NCBI GenBank assembly: GCA_035297395.1
Contig: DATGZB010000004.1
Location: 25,009-89,008, forward strand
Source of the DNA: Lentimicrobium sp.
GTDB taxonomy: Bacteria; Bacteroidota; Bacteroidia; Bacteroidales; Lentimicrobiaceae
DNA length: 64,000 nt
Reading direction: 5' to 3'
A program made the translations under genes and the position numbers. Below the pieces are notes generated by a model. It made no database searches, was not told the DNA's origin, and saw only the letters and a list, made by a program, of their open reading frames with translations. Shown here one piece after another: positions 1-10,659 of this stretch. Numbering within the stretch: the first letter of the stretch is position 1; every line of letters starts with the position of its first letter.

Positions 1-1
1 T

Positions 2-901
2 GAACTATTCTCAACAGATATCATCAGTAGTTTCCTTAATGCCAGTAATGTTGTTGATGCAAGGGAAGTGATTATAACTGATGAAACACACCGCAATGGT
101 TCTGTCAAATGGGATCAAACAAAGAAAAATATTTTACATGCTGTTAGCCGGTTAAGGGCAGGGAAACCTGCACTCATCATTAGCCAGGGATTCATAGGAA
201 GCACTGGTAATGGCAAACCTGTGACATTAGGCCGTGAAGGCTCAGATTTCAGCGCCGCAATATTTGCCTGGGCGCTTGAGGCAGAAGAGATGATCATCTG
301 GAAAGATGTACCGGGTGTGCTTAACGCTGACCCGAGATATTTTGATGACACGGTAAAGCTTGAGAAAATGTCATACCGTGATGCCATTGAATTAGCTTAT
401 TATGGCGCGTCTGTTATTCATCCGAAAACCATCCAGCCGCTCCAGAACAGTGAAATACCCTTGTATGTCCGCTCATTTTATGATCCCGGGCAAACCGGTA
501 CACTAATTTATAGTTTTGAGGAAAGAGAGCACGGAGACCAAATACCGAGCTTTATCATAAAACACGACCAGATACTTATGTCCATTTCTCCCCGGGATTT
601 CTCATTTATCGCCGAAGGTAATCTTCACGGAATATTTGGATCATTGTCCCAACTTGGTATCCACATAAATATGATGCAGTTGTCAGCCATCAGTTTCTCT
701 ATAGTCATAGACAATATCAGCGAGAAACTGGAGAGCTTACTTATTAATCTGAAAGAAGATTACAGGATCAGATATAACAGCGGTTTGGAACTTATCACTA
801 TCCGATATTATGACCAGGGTACGATTGATAAAATAGTAGGTTCCCGTAAAGTGCTTCTTGAACAGAAGAGCAGGACGACTGTACAGCTTGTTGTTGAATA
901 G
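2..901 (+). CDS. lysC: Aspartate kinase, 5'-truncated by window edge
   Basis: Frame is open from base 2 (ELFSTDII...). Motifs QGFIG, TLGREGSDFSAA, IWKDVPGVLNADPR, ELAYYGASVIHPKT and a C-terminal ACT-like region. Confidence 0.92.
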   Translation, partial: ELFSTDIISSFLNASNVVDAREVIITDETHRNGSVKWDQTKKNILHAVSRLRAGKPALIISQGFIGSTGNGKPVTLGREGSDFSAAIFAWALEAEEMIIWKDVPGVLNADPRYFDDTVKLEKMSYRDAIELAYYGASVIHPKTIQPLQNSEIPLYVRSFYDPGQTGTLIYSFEEREHGDQIPSFIIKHDQILMSISPRDFSFIAEGNLHGIFGSLSQLGIHINMMQLSAISFSIVIDNISEKLESLLINLKEDYRIRYNSGLELITIRYYDQGTIDKIVGSRKVLLEQKSRTTVQLVVE

Positions 902-943
902 TGAATAGTGAATGATGAATGATGAATGATGAGAAGTGAATCA
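895..943 (+). repeat. Heptamer tandem array (TGAATAG/TGAATGA) x7
   Basis: Exact 7-bp phase. The first unit contains the lysC TAG stop. Confidence 0.9.
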
Positions 944-980
944 AGTTGCGCCTAAAAAGTAGGATTAGACCATATATTCC

Positions 981-1008
981 TTGAACTTTGAATCTTGAAC
1001 GTTGAACA
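981..1008 (+). repeat. Heptamer tandem array TTGAAYN x4
   Basis: ttgaact ttgaatc ttgaacg ttgaaca. Confidence 0.8.
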
Positions 1009-1012
1009 ACTT

Positions 1013-2296
1013 TTACTTCTTAGCTAAAAACTTATTGTAAAGTAACAATCCAATAATCGTCAACACCCCTATCATACTGAACAGGAACCACAGCATTCCC
1101 GGATTATTGAGTTTATCGACAAAGTGAACATACATAGTGGCTCCAAGGATGCCACCGATGCCGCTTCCAATGACTCCGTAAAGGAAGGAATATCCAAGAT
1201 AAAGGGCTTTTTTATCGGCAGGTGCTACCAATCCGATATATGAAATAAATTTGGGATGAGCGGTCATCTCCCCCAGGGTGAAGATCATAATACCAGTAAT
1301 AAAAACCCAGGGAGCAGTTGAAATAGCCAGGATACCCATACCGATGGTTCCCAGTGTTATACCGGCAATCATAGTTGGCAGCGCTTTTGTATTCTTTAAT
1401 AAGGAAGAGACAACCAGCTGAAGGGCTATAATGACACCAGCATTGATTACTGTAACATGCTCAACGTCAAATTCCCAGGAAGGATTAGCTATGAAGAGCG
1501 ACAGGAAGTTATTCACAGCATTGCTTACGGGGGTCATATCAACATAATCCTTCAGGTACCATAGCACAGAATCATACATTTGAAAATAGAGAATCCAGAA
1601 CCCTGAATAAATTACAATCATCAGGATGAAACGGTAATCTTTAAGTACCAGGGCTATATCCTTGAAAACCTGTGATAAGGGTTTAGCAATTTCAGGTTTC
1701 GGAGGTTCTTTGTAAATGAAAATATTAAGCAAAAGCATAGAGCCGGTACCCACAGCAGCCATAATAAAGATATAGCTCCATGAAATTTCTTTAAGGAAAG
1801 GTATCAGGATAAGCGGGAAAAGAAATGCTCCCAGGTTAATCGACCAGTAGTAAATTCCGAACCCCAGCGATGAATTCGATTCATCAGTCACTCGTGCAAT
1901 GGTTCCTGAAATGATGGGCTTAAAGAAACCCGCACCGGTTGCCATTACCAGAAGACTCAGGAAAACAATTGCATAAGATGAAGAAATACTTGTAAAAAAG
2001 TAACCGGCACTCATAAGGGTGAAGGCAAACATTAGCACCCTGCGGTAGCCGAACCTGTCGGCAATTGCACCAGCAAGTATCGGCAGCAGATAAAGCAAAG
2101 GAGTTATAGTACTTTTGATAACACCCACACTCTCTTTTGAAAACCCTAATCCTCCTTCATTAGGAGAAAGTATCAGGTAAATTGATAATACCGAGATCAC
2201 CCCGTAATAGGACCCCCGTTCAAAGAACTCCATCATGATGACTGTCCAGAAATTACCGGGGAAAGACTTAAATCCTTTTTTCTTCTCTTTAACCAT
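1013..2296 (-). CDS. MFS peptide transporter, POT/PTR family
   Basis: ExxERxxYY motif (EFFERGSYYG), GAIADRFG and about 12 hydrophobic segments. Start set at ATG 2296 because the track's TTG start (2323) lies inside a TAnnTTTG promoter element. Confidence 0.85.
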   Translation of the reverse strand: MVKEKKKGFKSFPGNFWTVIMMEFFERGSYYGVISVLSIYLILSPNEGGLGFSKESVGVIKSTITPLLYLLPILAGAIADRFGYRRVLMFAFTLMSAGYFFTSISSSYAIVFLSLLVMATGAGFFKPIISGTIARVTDESNSSLGFGIYYWSINLGAFLFPLILIPFLKEISWSYIFIMAAVGTGSMLLLNIFIYKEPPKPEIAKPLSQVFKDIALVLKDYRFILMIVIYSGFWILYFQMYDSVLWYLKDYVDMTPVSNAVNNFLSLFIANPSWEFDVEHVTVINAGVIIALQLVVSSLLKNTKALPTMIAGITLGTIGMGILAISTAPWVFITGIMIFTLGEMTAHPKFISYIGLVAPADKKALYLGYSFLYGVIGSGIGGILGATMYVHFVDKLNNPGMLWFLFSMIGVLTIIGLLLYNKFLAKK

Positions 2297-2320
2297 TAGT
2301 GTCACAGATTCTTGTATTCG

Positions 2321-2328
2321 CAAATGTA
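2321..2328 (-). promoter_or_regulatory. Bacteroidetes -7 promoter element (TACATTTG) for the MFS gene
   Basis: Matches TAnnTTTG, 24 nt upstream of the ATG. Confidence 0.55.
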
Positions 2329-2491
2329 GTAAATTGAGTTTAGCAATTTAATCTCTCTTTCAAAACATAACGTCTTTTAAGTGTGTAAAATGCAAATAGC
2401 AATTAAGCAGAGTCGAGGCTGTGACCAATCCAATACGAAACCGGTATCAATCCATTACCCTTCCAACTAAATGGAATCTTCATTAAACGTT

Positions 2492-2571
2492 GTTCAAGGT
2501 GGTTCAAGGTGGTTCAAGGGCTTCAAGGGGTTAAAGTGGTTCAAGGGGTTCAAGTGTTTAAGGTGGTTCAA
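2492..2571 (+). repeat. GTTCAA-core 8-10-mer tandem array (about 9 units)
   Basis: gttcaaggtg gttcaaggtg gttcaaggg cttcaaggg gttaaagtg gttcaaggg gttcaagt gtttaaggtg gttcaa. Confidence 0.9.
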
Positions 2572-2640
2572 TTTTATTCAATCCCCAGCGGGGATGACAG
2601 TATGGTAGGATGGTAGGGGGTGCGTTTCAACAAAAATTAG

Positions 2641-2648
2641 TAATTTTG
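2641..2648 (+). promoter_or_regulatory. -7 promoter element (TAATTTTG) upstream of mfd
   Basis: Matches TAnnTTTG, 26 nt before the ORF. Confidence 0.55.
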
Positions 2649-2674
2649 CGTTCCATTTTTCTAACTGAAAGGAC

Positions 2675-5600
2675 TTGGTGAAAACTGCTCCTCTGATTGA
2701 CAATTACCGCAATAATCAAATTATTGCGGAAGTAAGTGTGTCCGCCCTCGCCAAAGAAAAAACACCAATCCACCTGAAAGGCCTTGCCGGATCTTCTGCG
2801 GCGGTTATTGCAGCGACAGTCTTCTCGCAAGGCAGGGATCCGCTTTTCCTGATCATTTCGCAGGATAAGGAAGAAGCTGCTTACATGTTCAATGATCTTG
2901 AGAATCTGCTACTTGAACAGGATACTCCCTTCCATAAGAAGAAAGTTCTTTTTTATCCAACTTCCTACAGGCGGCCATACGAAGTGGAGAAAACCGATAA
3001 TAATAACATTCTCTCACGGACTGAAGTACTCAAACGACTTGGAACCCGTGAAGGCGGTACCATTGTTGTCACTTATCCTGATGCTTTGGCTGAAAAGGTT
3101 GTCAGCCGTACATTCCTTAAGAAGAATACCCTCCGGTTAAATGTAAAGGAAAGCTTATCAATCGATTTTGTGATCGACCTTCTGATGGAGTACAATTTTG
3201 AGAGGGTGGATTTTGTGGTTGAGCCCGGACAGTTTTCACTTCGCGGAGGCATTATCGATGTTTTCTCTTATACAAATGATCGTCCTTACCGTATTGAGTT
3301 TTTTGGTGATAATGTTGAATCAATACGCACGTTTGATCCCGCTAATCAATTGTCAATTGATAAATTAAATCACATTACGATAACTCCTAATGTTCAGGAC
3401 AGGACTTTGCAGGAAAAGAGGCAATCATTTATAGAATTCATAGATCCCAATACAATTATCTGGGTTCGCGATCTGGCATTTGCCGTTGATAAGATTGATA
3501 AGGAATTCAGTAAAGCTGAGAAGGCATTTTCGGAGTTGCGCGAAGAGACTATCCATCTAAAACCGGAGGAGTTGTTTACCCATGCGGATCAGTTCAAGCG
3601 GGAAATACTGGACCATAAACTGATTGAATATGGTAGTCACGCTTTGATAAAAGAGAGTGCCGGATTTAATTTTAATATGCAGCCTCAACCCTCATTCAAT
3701 AAGAACTTTGATTTGTTGCTTAAGAACCTGGAGGAAAACAATTCTGCAGGTTTAAGGAATATTATTCTTTCTGACAACCCCAAGCAAACAGAGCGTATTC
3801 AAACCATTATCAATGATCTGAAGGGAAACAGGGGCATTACAACCACGGCTTTTAATTACGATTTACTGAATCTCTCACTTCATGAAGGCTTCATCGATAA
3901 GCAGTCGAAACTGGCTTGTTACACAGATCACCAGATATTTGAGAGGTATCATAAATTTCATATCAGGGATGGCTTTGCCGGTAAGGAGGCACTCACATTA
4001 AAGGAAATTTATGATCTTCAGCCGGGTGACTATGTTACGCATATTGATCATGGCATTGGAAGATTTGACGGTCTTGAGAAGATTGAGAATAATGGTAAAC
4101 AACAAGAGGCCATACGCCTCATTTACCAGAATAGCGATATTCTGTATGTCAGCATACATTCGCTTCACCGGATCTCGAAGTATGTGGGCAAGGAAGGAAC
4201 CGTACCATCGCTCAACCGTCTGGGTTCCAATGCATGGAATAAGCTTAAGAGCAAAACCAAGCAGCGGGTAAAGGATATTGCTAAGGATCTCATCAAATTA
4301 TACGCAGAACGAAAAGCTTCAGAGGGTCATACCTTTTCACCGGACAGCTACTTGCAGCATGAGTTGGAAGCCTCGTTCATTTATGAGGATACGCCCGATC
4401 AGGTGAAGGCAACCGCCGATGTTAAGAAAGATCTTGAGAAGCCATATCCAATGGACAGGCTTGTATGCGGCGATGTTGGTTTCGGGAAAACAGAAATTGC
4501 CGTCAGGGCTGCTTTTAAAGCGGTAACCGACAGCAAACAGGTTGCAATGCTTGTGCCAACCACAATCCTTGCCATTCAGCACTACCACACTTTTAAAGAC
4601 CGTCTAAAGGAATTCCCCTGTAAAGTGGAGTATATCAATAGATTCAAGAGTGCTAAGGAACAAAAAAGGACCCTGCAGGAACTGGAGGAAGGTAAGATAG
4701 ATATTCTTATCGGAACCCACAGATTGGTCAGTAAAGATGTGAAATTCAGGGATCTGGGATTGATGATCGTTGATGAAGAACAGAAGTTTGGAGTTTCGAC
4801 CAAAGAGAAGCTTAAGCAAATGAAGGTTAATGTGGATACGCTGACACTGACAGCCACTCCAATACCCCGAACCCTTCAATTTTCATTAATGGGTGCACGT
4901 GACCTCAGCATCCTTAATACACCACCGGCAAACAGGTACCCCGTACAAACAGAGCTGCATCCGTTCAACGAAGAGGTTATAAGGGATGCTGTTCATTATG
5001 AGCTATCCCGCGGCGGACAAGTGTTTGTGGTCAATAACAGGATTAAGAATATTATTGAAGTAGCCGGCATGATCCAAAGGCTGGTTCCTGACGCAAAAAT
5101 TGCCATTGGCCATGGTCAGATGGAAGGCCATAAGCTTGAAAAGGTGATGATGGAATTTGTGGAAGGAAATTATGATGTACTTGTCGCCACAACAATCATA
5201 GAGTCGGGATTGGATATTCCGAATGTTAACACGATCATCATCAATGATGCCCAGAATTATGGATTGAGTGATCTTCACCAGTTACGCGGAAGGGTAGGGC
5301 GTACCAATAAAAAGGCATTCTGCTATTTGCTGGCACCACCGGTATCAGTTCTCACTGATGAAGCACGAAAGCGACTGAAAGCAATTGAAGAGTTTTCGGA
5401 ATTAGGGAGTGGATTTAATATTGCCATGAGGGACCTCGACATAAGGGGAGCAGGCAACATCCTTGGAGCCGAGCAAAGCGGTTTTATTTCAGAGATCGGT
5501 TTTGAGATGTACCAAAAGATCCTTGATGAGGCTATTATGGAACTTAAAGAAACGGAATTCAAGGGATTATATGATGAGCCGGTTCAGAAGGACTATGTGA

Positions 5601-6085
5601 AAGAATGCCTGATAGAGACCGACCTGGAGATCATGATGCCTGATTATTATGTTACAAATATTACCGAAAGACTGAGCTTATATAAAGAGTTGGATGGCCT
5701 TGAAGCTGAAGAAGATCTGTTAGCTTTCCAGGAAAGATTGATAGATCGATTTGGCCCGGTACCCGCGCAAACGCAGGAATTGCTGAACACAATAAGATTA
5801 AGGCGAATGGCCCGCAAACTCGGCTTTGAGAAGATAACGCTGAAGAATACCAACATGACTGCCACCTTTATTACCAGTAAGGATTCGGCATACTATCAAA
5901 GCCCGGTCTTTAATGCAGTCTTGCAGTTCATCCAGGATTATCAGCATACGGTGAGGATGAAAGAGGCTAATGAAAAGCTGAGCCTGAACTTTAGGAATAT
6001 TACCTCTATTTCAGATGCCATTCAGGCATTGGTCCCTCTTGAGGAACTAGTGGCACTTACTCATCCTGGCTCACCCGGAGTGTAA
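2675..6085 (+). CDS. mfd: Transcription-repair coupling factor
   Basis: UvrB-homology N-terminus, CarD/RID (GDYVTHIDHGIGRF), Walker A GDVGFGKT, DEEQKFG, TATPIPRT, QLRGRVGR and C-terminal TRCF domain. Confidence 0.98.
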   Translation: MVKTAPLIDNYRNNQIIAEVSVSALAKEKTPIHLKGLAGSSAAVIAATVFSQGRDPLFLIISQDKEEAAYMFNDLENLLLEQDTPFHKKKVLFYPTSYRRPYEVEKTDNNNILSRTEVLKRLGTREGGTIVVTYPDALAEKVVSRTFLKKNTLRLNVKESLSIDFVIDLLMEYNFERVDFVVEPGQFSLRGGIIDVFSYTNDRPYRIEFFGDNVESIRTFDPANQLSIDKLNHITITPNVQDRTLQEKRQSFIEFIDPNTIIWVRDLAFAVDKIDKEFSKAEKAFSELREETIHLKPEELFTHADQFKREILDHKLIEYGSHALIKESAGFNFNMQPQPSFNKNFDLLLKNLEENNSAGLRNIILSDNPKQTERIQTIINDLKGNRGITTTAFNYDLLNLSLHEGFIDKQSKLACYTDHQIFERYHKFHIRDGFAGKEALTLKEIYDLQPGDYVTHIDHGIGRFDGLEKIENNGKQQEAIRLIYQNSDILYVSIHSLHRISKYVGKEGTVPSLNRLGSNAWNKLKSKTKQRVKDIAKDLIKLYAERKASEGHTFSPDSYLQHELEASFIYEDTPDQVKATADVKKDLEKPYPMDRLVCGDVGFGKTEIAVRAAFKAVTDSKQVAMLVPTTILAIQHYHTFKDRLKEFPCKVEYINRFKSAKEQKRTLQELEEGKIDILIGTHRLVSKDVKFRDLGLMIVDEEQKFGVSTKEKLKQMKVNVDTLTLTATPIPRTLQFSLMGARDLSILNTPPANRYPVQTELHPFNEEVIRDAVHYELSRGGQVFVVNNRIKNIIEVAGMIQRLVPDAKIAIGHGQMEGHKLEKVMMEFVEGNYDVLVATTIIESGLDIPNVNTIIINDAQNYGLSDLHQLRGRVGRTNKKAFCYLLAPPVSVLTDEARKRLKAIEEFSELGSGFNIAMRDLDIRGAGNILGAEQSGFISEIGFEMYQKILDEAIMELKETEFKGLYDEPVQKDYVKECLIETDLEIMMPDYYVTNITERLSLYKELDGLEAEEDLLAFQERLIDRFGPVPAQTQELLNTIRLRRMARKLGFEKITLKNTNMTATFITSKDSAYYQSPVFNAVLQFIQDYQHTVRMKEANEKLSLNFRNITSISDAIQALVPLEELVALTHPGSPGV

Positions 6086-6130
6086 GTAAGCTTAACAAGG
6101 CACTTTTTACTTTTAGCCCTTAGCCTTTTT

Positions 6131-9100
6131 TCAATTATACTCCTCCCAGCTCTTAACAGGCAAATCATCAAGCCGGTACCTGCAAATAGCCGTAAGGAAT
6201 GCTTTGGCTAACCGGGTATTCGTAATGAGCGGGATATTTAAATCAACTGCCGTCCTGCGGATCTCATAATCATTATATAACTCTCCCGGCGAAAGGTTCT
6301 TAGGTATATTTATTACCAGGTCAATCTTGCGTTCTTTAAGATAATCGAGGGTATTTGGTTTTTTGTCTTCATCAGGCCAGTAAAGTACAGTGGCATCCAC
6401 ATTGTTCTTAGCGAAGAATTCCTGGGTTCCTTTTGTGGCGTATATGTTGTAACCATTTTCGATGATCATTTTAGCCTGTTCCAGCAGTGAAGCTTTATCT
6501 TCTGCAGGTCCTGAGGAGATCAGGATATTCTTTTTTGGAATGGAATATCCAACTGATAGCATTGCTTTAAGCAATGTTTCGTAGTATTCTTCTCCGATGC
6601 AGGCAACCTCACCTGTTGATGCCATATCAACACCGATGATAGGATCAGCTTTATGAAGACGGGTAAATGAGAATTGTGGGGCCTTAATTCCAATGTAATC
6701 TATATCAAATAATGATTTCGAGGGTTTAGGCACTTCTTTACCCAGCATAATTTCTGTGGCAATGGTGATGAAATTGGTGCGCAGTACTTTTGAAACAAAC
6801 GGGAAACTTCTTGAAGCCCGCAGGTTGCATTCAATCACCATTACATCATTGTCTTTCGCCAGGAACTGAATATTGAAAGGTCCGGTTATTTCAAGCTGAC
6901 TGGCTATTTTCCTGGCAATCTTCTTGATCCTTCTTGCTGTCTCGAAATAGATCTTCTGCGGTGGAAAAACTATGGTAGCGTCTCCAGAATGGACACCGGC
7001 AAATTCAATATGTTCAGATATGGCATAGGCAATGATCTCACCTTTGTTGGCAACAGCATCGATTTCAATCTCTTTTGCATTCTGGATAAATTCAGAAACC
7101 ACAACAGGATACTGCTTTGAAACGTTCCTTGCAAGTGTGAGAAAATGCTCTAACTCACTTTCGTTGGAAACTACATTCATTGCTGCTCCTGACAAAACGT
7201 AGGAAGGCCTGACAAGTACAGGATAACCGACAGTTTTAATGAATTCAAACATTTCCTCTGTGCTGGTCAGTTCCTTCCACCTGGGTTGGTCAACTTCTAT
7301 AGTGTCGAGCAGGGAGGAAAATTTGTGCCTGTTTTCGGCTTTATCAATTGAAACAGGGGCAGTTCCCAGTATATTTACCTTGCATTCATCAAGTCGCATG
7401 GCAAGGTTGTTGGGTATTTGACCTCCCATTGAAAGAATCACCCCTTTTGGTGTTTCCAGTTCAATGATATCCATCACCCTTTCAAATGTCAGTTCTTCAA
7501 AGTAGAGCCTGTCGCAGATATCGTAATCAGTGCTTACAGTCTCAGGATTATAGTTGATCATCACCGACCTCAAGCCTTCTTTCATGATGGTGTTGATCGC
7601 ATTGACGCTGCACCAGTCGAATTCTACACTGCTACCAATGCGATAGGCACCTGAACCAAGCACTATAACCGATCTGCCATCATTTTCATACATTACATCA
7701 TTACTATTACCATTGTATGTCAGATATAAGTAATTTGTCATGGCAGGGTATTCAGCAGCCAATGTGTCTATCTGCTTAACATAAGGAATGATGTGATGCG
7801 ATTTCCTGAATTCGCGAATTGTAGCTGAATCAAAGGGGATATTTTCAGCTTTGCTTCTGAATACAAACCTTGAGATCTGGAAATCTGAGAAACCTGCTTG
7901 TTTTGCCTCAAGCATTAATGGTAAAGGCAATGATTCAAGTGAATCAAAACTTGAGAGGTCATTCTTGATCTCAATGAGGTTATTCAGTTTTACCAGAAAC
8001 CATTTATCGATTTTGGTAAGATCATGGATGCGGTCAATAGAGTAGCCTTTTTCAAGAGCCTCAGCAATGGCAAATATTCTTGAATCTGTAGGATTTGCAA
8101 GGGCTTCATCCAGATCATTGAATTTGATATCCTTATTGCCGACAAATCCATGCATTCCCTGGCCGATCATGCGCAGGCCTTTCTGGATCACCTCTTCAAA
8201 AGTCCTGCCGATAGCCATCACTTCACCGACGCTCTTCATGCTGCTGCCGATTTCCTTTGATACCCCATGGAATTTGTTGAGATCCCAGCGCGGGATTTTA
8301 CAGACTATATAATCAAGGGCAGGCTCATAACAAGCAGTGGTTGTCTTGGTTACGTTGTTCTTCAATTCATGCAGGCCGTAGCCTATACCGAGTTTCGCAG
8401 CTACAAAGGCGAGGGGATACCCTGTTGCCTTGGATGCCAATGCACTCGATCTTGATAGGCGTGCATTTACCTCTATTACCCTGTAATCTTCTGAATTAGG
8501 ATCAAGGGCATATTGTACATTACACTCCCCGATAATCCCTATATGCCGGATGATGCGAATGGCAATTTCACGAAGTTTATGATATTCACGGTTAGAGAGT
8601 GTTTGCGAAGGTGCCACTACGATGCTTTCACCGGTATGGATTCCCAGAGGATCAAAGTTCTCCATATTGCAAACGGTGATACAATTATCAAACCGGTCGC
8701 GGACCACTTCATACTCCACCTCTTTCCATCCTTTCAGGGATTCTTCTACAAGAATCTGGCTTGAATAGGTAAAAGCTTTGGTAGCCAGATTGCGTAATTC
8801 CTCCTCATTGTTGCAGAATCCACTGCCCAATCCTCCGAGGGCGTATGCTGCACGGACAATGATCGGGAAATGGAGTGATTCTGCAGCTTTTACTGCATCA
8901 TCGATATTAGTGACGGCAATACTTCTGGGTGATTTTACCTCAATTTCGTTCAGTTTCTGTACAAATGCCTCCCTGTCTTCCGTATCAATGATAGATTGTA
9001 CCGGAGTACCCAGAACACGGATATTATATTTTTCAAATACCTGATTTTTATAGAGCTGAACACCGCAGTTGAGTGCTGTTTGTCCGCCAAACGAAAGATA

Positions 9101-9355
9101 AAGCCCGTCGGCCTTTTCTTTCTCAATTACCTTTTCAACGAAATATGGGGTAACAGGAAGGAAATAAACCTTATCGGCAATGTTTTCGGAGGTTTGGATA
9201 GTTGCGATATTCGGATTGATGAGAACCGTGCTGATCCCCTCTTCTCTTAGGGCTTTAAGCGCCTGTGATCCTGAATAGTCAAATTCACCGGCTTCTCCGA
9301 TCTTGAGGGCACCTGAGCCGAGAACGATTACTTTCTTTATGCTGTTATCTATCAT
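6131..9355 (-). CDS. carB: Carbamoyl-phosphate synthase large subunit
   Basis: LGSGALKIGEAGEFDYSGSQA, duplicated ATP-grasp domains and a C-terminal MGS domain; 1074 aa. Confidence 0.98.
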   Translation of the reverse strand: MIDNSIKKVIVLGSGALKIGEAGEFDYSGSQALKALREEGISTVLINPNIATIQTSENIADKVYFLPVTPYFVEKVIEKEKADGLYLSFGGQTALNCGVQLYKNQVFEKYNIRVLGTPVQSIIDTEDREAFVQKLNEIEVKSPRSIAVTNIDDAVKAAESLHFPIIVRAAYALGGLGSGFCNNEEELRNLATKAFTYSSQILVEESLKGWKEVEYEVVRDRFDNCITVCNMENFDPLGIHTGESIVVAPSQTLSNREYHKLREIAIRIIRHIGIIGECNVQYALDPNSEDYRVIEVNARLSRSSALASKATGYPLAFVAAKLGIGYGLHELKNNVTKTTTACYEPALDYIVCKIPRWDLNKFHGVSKEIGSSMKSVGEVMAIGRTFEEVIQKGLRMIGQGMHGFVGNKDIKFNDLDEALANPTDSRIFAIAEALEKGYSIDRIHDLTKIDKWFLVKLNNLIEIKNDLSSFDSLESLPLPLMLEAKQAGFSDFQISRFVFRSKAENIPFDSATIREFRKSHHIIPYVKQIDTLAAEYPAMTNYLYLTYNGNSNDVMYENDGRSVIVLGSGAYRIGSSVEFDWCSVNAINTIMKEGLRSVMINYNPETVSTDYDICDRLYFEELTFERVMDIIELETPKGVILSMGGQIPNNLAMRLDECKVNILGTAPVSIDKAENRHKFSSLLDTIEVDQPRWKELTSTEEMFEFIKTVGYPVLVRPSYVLSGAAMNVVSNESELEHFLTLARNVSKQYPVVVSEFIQNAKEIEIDAVANKGEIIAYAISEHIEFAGVHSGDATIVFPPQKIYFETARRIKKIARKIASQLEITGPFNIQFLAKDNDVMVIECNLRASRSFPFVSKVLRTNFITIATEIMLGKEVPKPSKSLFDIDYIGIKAPQFSFTRLHKADPIIGVDMASTGEVACIGEEYYETLLKAMLSVGYSIPKKNILISSGPAEDKASLLEQAKMIIENGYNIYATKGTQEFFAKNNVDATVLYWPDEDKKPNTLDYLKERKIDLVINIPKNLSPGELYNDYEIRRTAVDLNIPLITNTRLAKAFLTAICRYRLDDLPVKSWEEYN

Positions 9356-9361
9356 CTTGTT

Positions 9362-9467
9362 TTCGATGGGTTAAAAACCCATCGCTATGTTATTACGTTG
9401 ATGGATTATATCCATCTCTATTCGATGGGTTATACCCATCGCTATTAGACTACGCCCCTTCAGGGCT
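9362..9467. repeat. Three related palindromic hairpins (CGATGGGT-N3-5-ACCCATCG) plus GCCCCTTCAGGGCT; REP-like
   Basis: Palindromes at 9364-9384, 9400-9416 and 9423-9441, each followed by a CTAT-containing tail. Confidence 0.8.
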
Positions 9468-10553
9468 ATTTTTTTCAGGGCTATTTTCAGCAACCAGTTT
9501 TATAAAATCATCAAACAGGTACTCAGTGTCAGTCGGACCGCTGGAGGCTTCCGGGTGAAACTGGGCAGCAAAGAAAGGTTTGCTTTTATGCCTGATTCCT
9601 TCAATGGTTTGGTCATTAACATTTATGAAAAGAGGTTCCCATTCATTTGGAATCGAATTTTCTGCTATCGCGAAGCCATGGTTCTGTGAGGTAATGAAGC
9701 ATCTGTTTGTTCCAACCTGAAGAACCGGTTGGTTGTGTGATCTGTGCCCATACTTTAATTTGTAAGTATCGGCTCCCGATGCAAGTGCCATGATTTGGCA
9801 ACCAAGACAAATGCCCATGATAGGTTTGCCAATCTCGTAGGCCCTGCGCACATTCCTGATGGCTTCTGCTGCTAATTTAGGATCACCTGGACCGTTTGAA
9901 AGGAAGAGGCCATCGTACTCCAATGTCGTGAAATCATAATCAGAGGGAACCCTGATCACTGTCGTATTCCTCTTAAGAAGATTCCTTATAATATTATTCT
10001 TGACTCCACAATCAAGTAAAATAATCCTGTATCTGCCATTGCCGTATATAACCACATCAGGAGTAGAAACTTGTTTTGTCAGATCTTCTTTATTCGGATC
10101 ATAAAAATCGATATCAGAGTTATTACACACCACTTTACCGAGCATTGCTCCCCTTTCTCTGATGATCTTTGTCAAGGCACGTGTATCAATACCATAAATC
10201 CCGGGTATCTTGTTTTCCTTAAGCCAGTTGGCGAGGCTTTTCTTTGAATTCCAGTGACTGTATGAGAAAGAATAATCTGAGATAACCAGTGCACTAATTC
10301 GCATTTTTTCCGACTCAAAATATTTCAGGAGACCATCTTCTTTTTCTTCTTCAGGGACTCCATAATTGCCGATAAGAGGATAGGTGGCAACAAGGATTTG
10401 TCCAGTGTAGGAGGGATCGGATAGATTTTCCGGGTAGCCGGTCATTGAGGTATTGAAGACTACTTCTCCGGCAACTGATTTGTTAAAACCAAATGACTTT
10501 CCGACAAATTCAGTTCCATCTTCCAACACGAGTTTAATTTCCTGGTTTTGCAT
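9450..10553 (-). CDS. carA: Carbamoyl-phosphate synthase small subunit
   Basis: GEVVFNTSMTGY, LSNGPGDP, GICLG nucleophile, SQNHGF, QFHPEA. Confidence 0.98.
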   Translation of the reverse strand: MQNQEIKLVLEDGTEFVGKSFGFNKSVAGEVVFNTSMTGYPENLSDPSYTGQILVATYPLIGNYGVPEEEKEDGLLKYFESEKMRISALVISDYSFSYSHWNSKKSLANWLKENKIPGIYGIDTRALTKIIRERGAMLGKVVCNNSDIDFYDPNKEDLTKQVSTPDVVIYGNGRYRIILLDCGVKNNIIRNLLKRNTTVIRVPSDYDFTTLEYDGLFLSNGPGDPKLAAEAIRNVRRAYEIGKPIMGICLGCQIMALASGADTYKLKYGHRSHNQPVLQVGTNRCFITSQNHGFAIAENSIPNEWEPLFINVNDQTIEGIRHKSKPFFAAQFHPEASSGPTDTEYLFDDFIKLVAENSPEKNSPEGA

Positions 10554-10659
10554 CAATTGTTCTTACGTTTTATTTGCATTAAGACACACATGCTCAGGTA
10601 CAGTAAACATTTTCACTGTAACAATTTTAAATTAAATGCGAGGTATTCTGCCAAGATTT

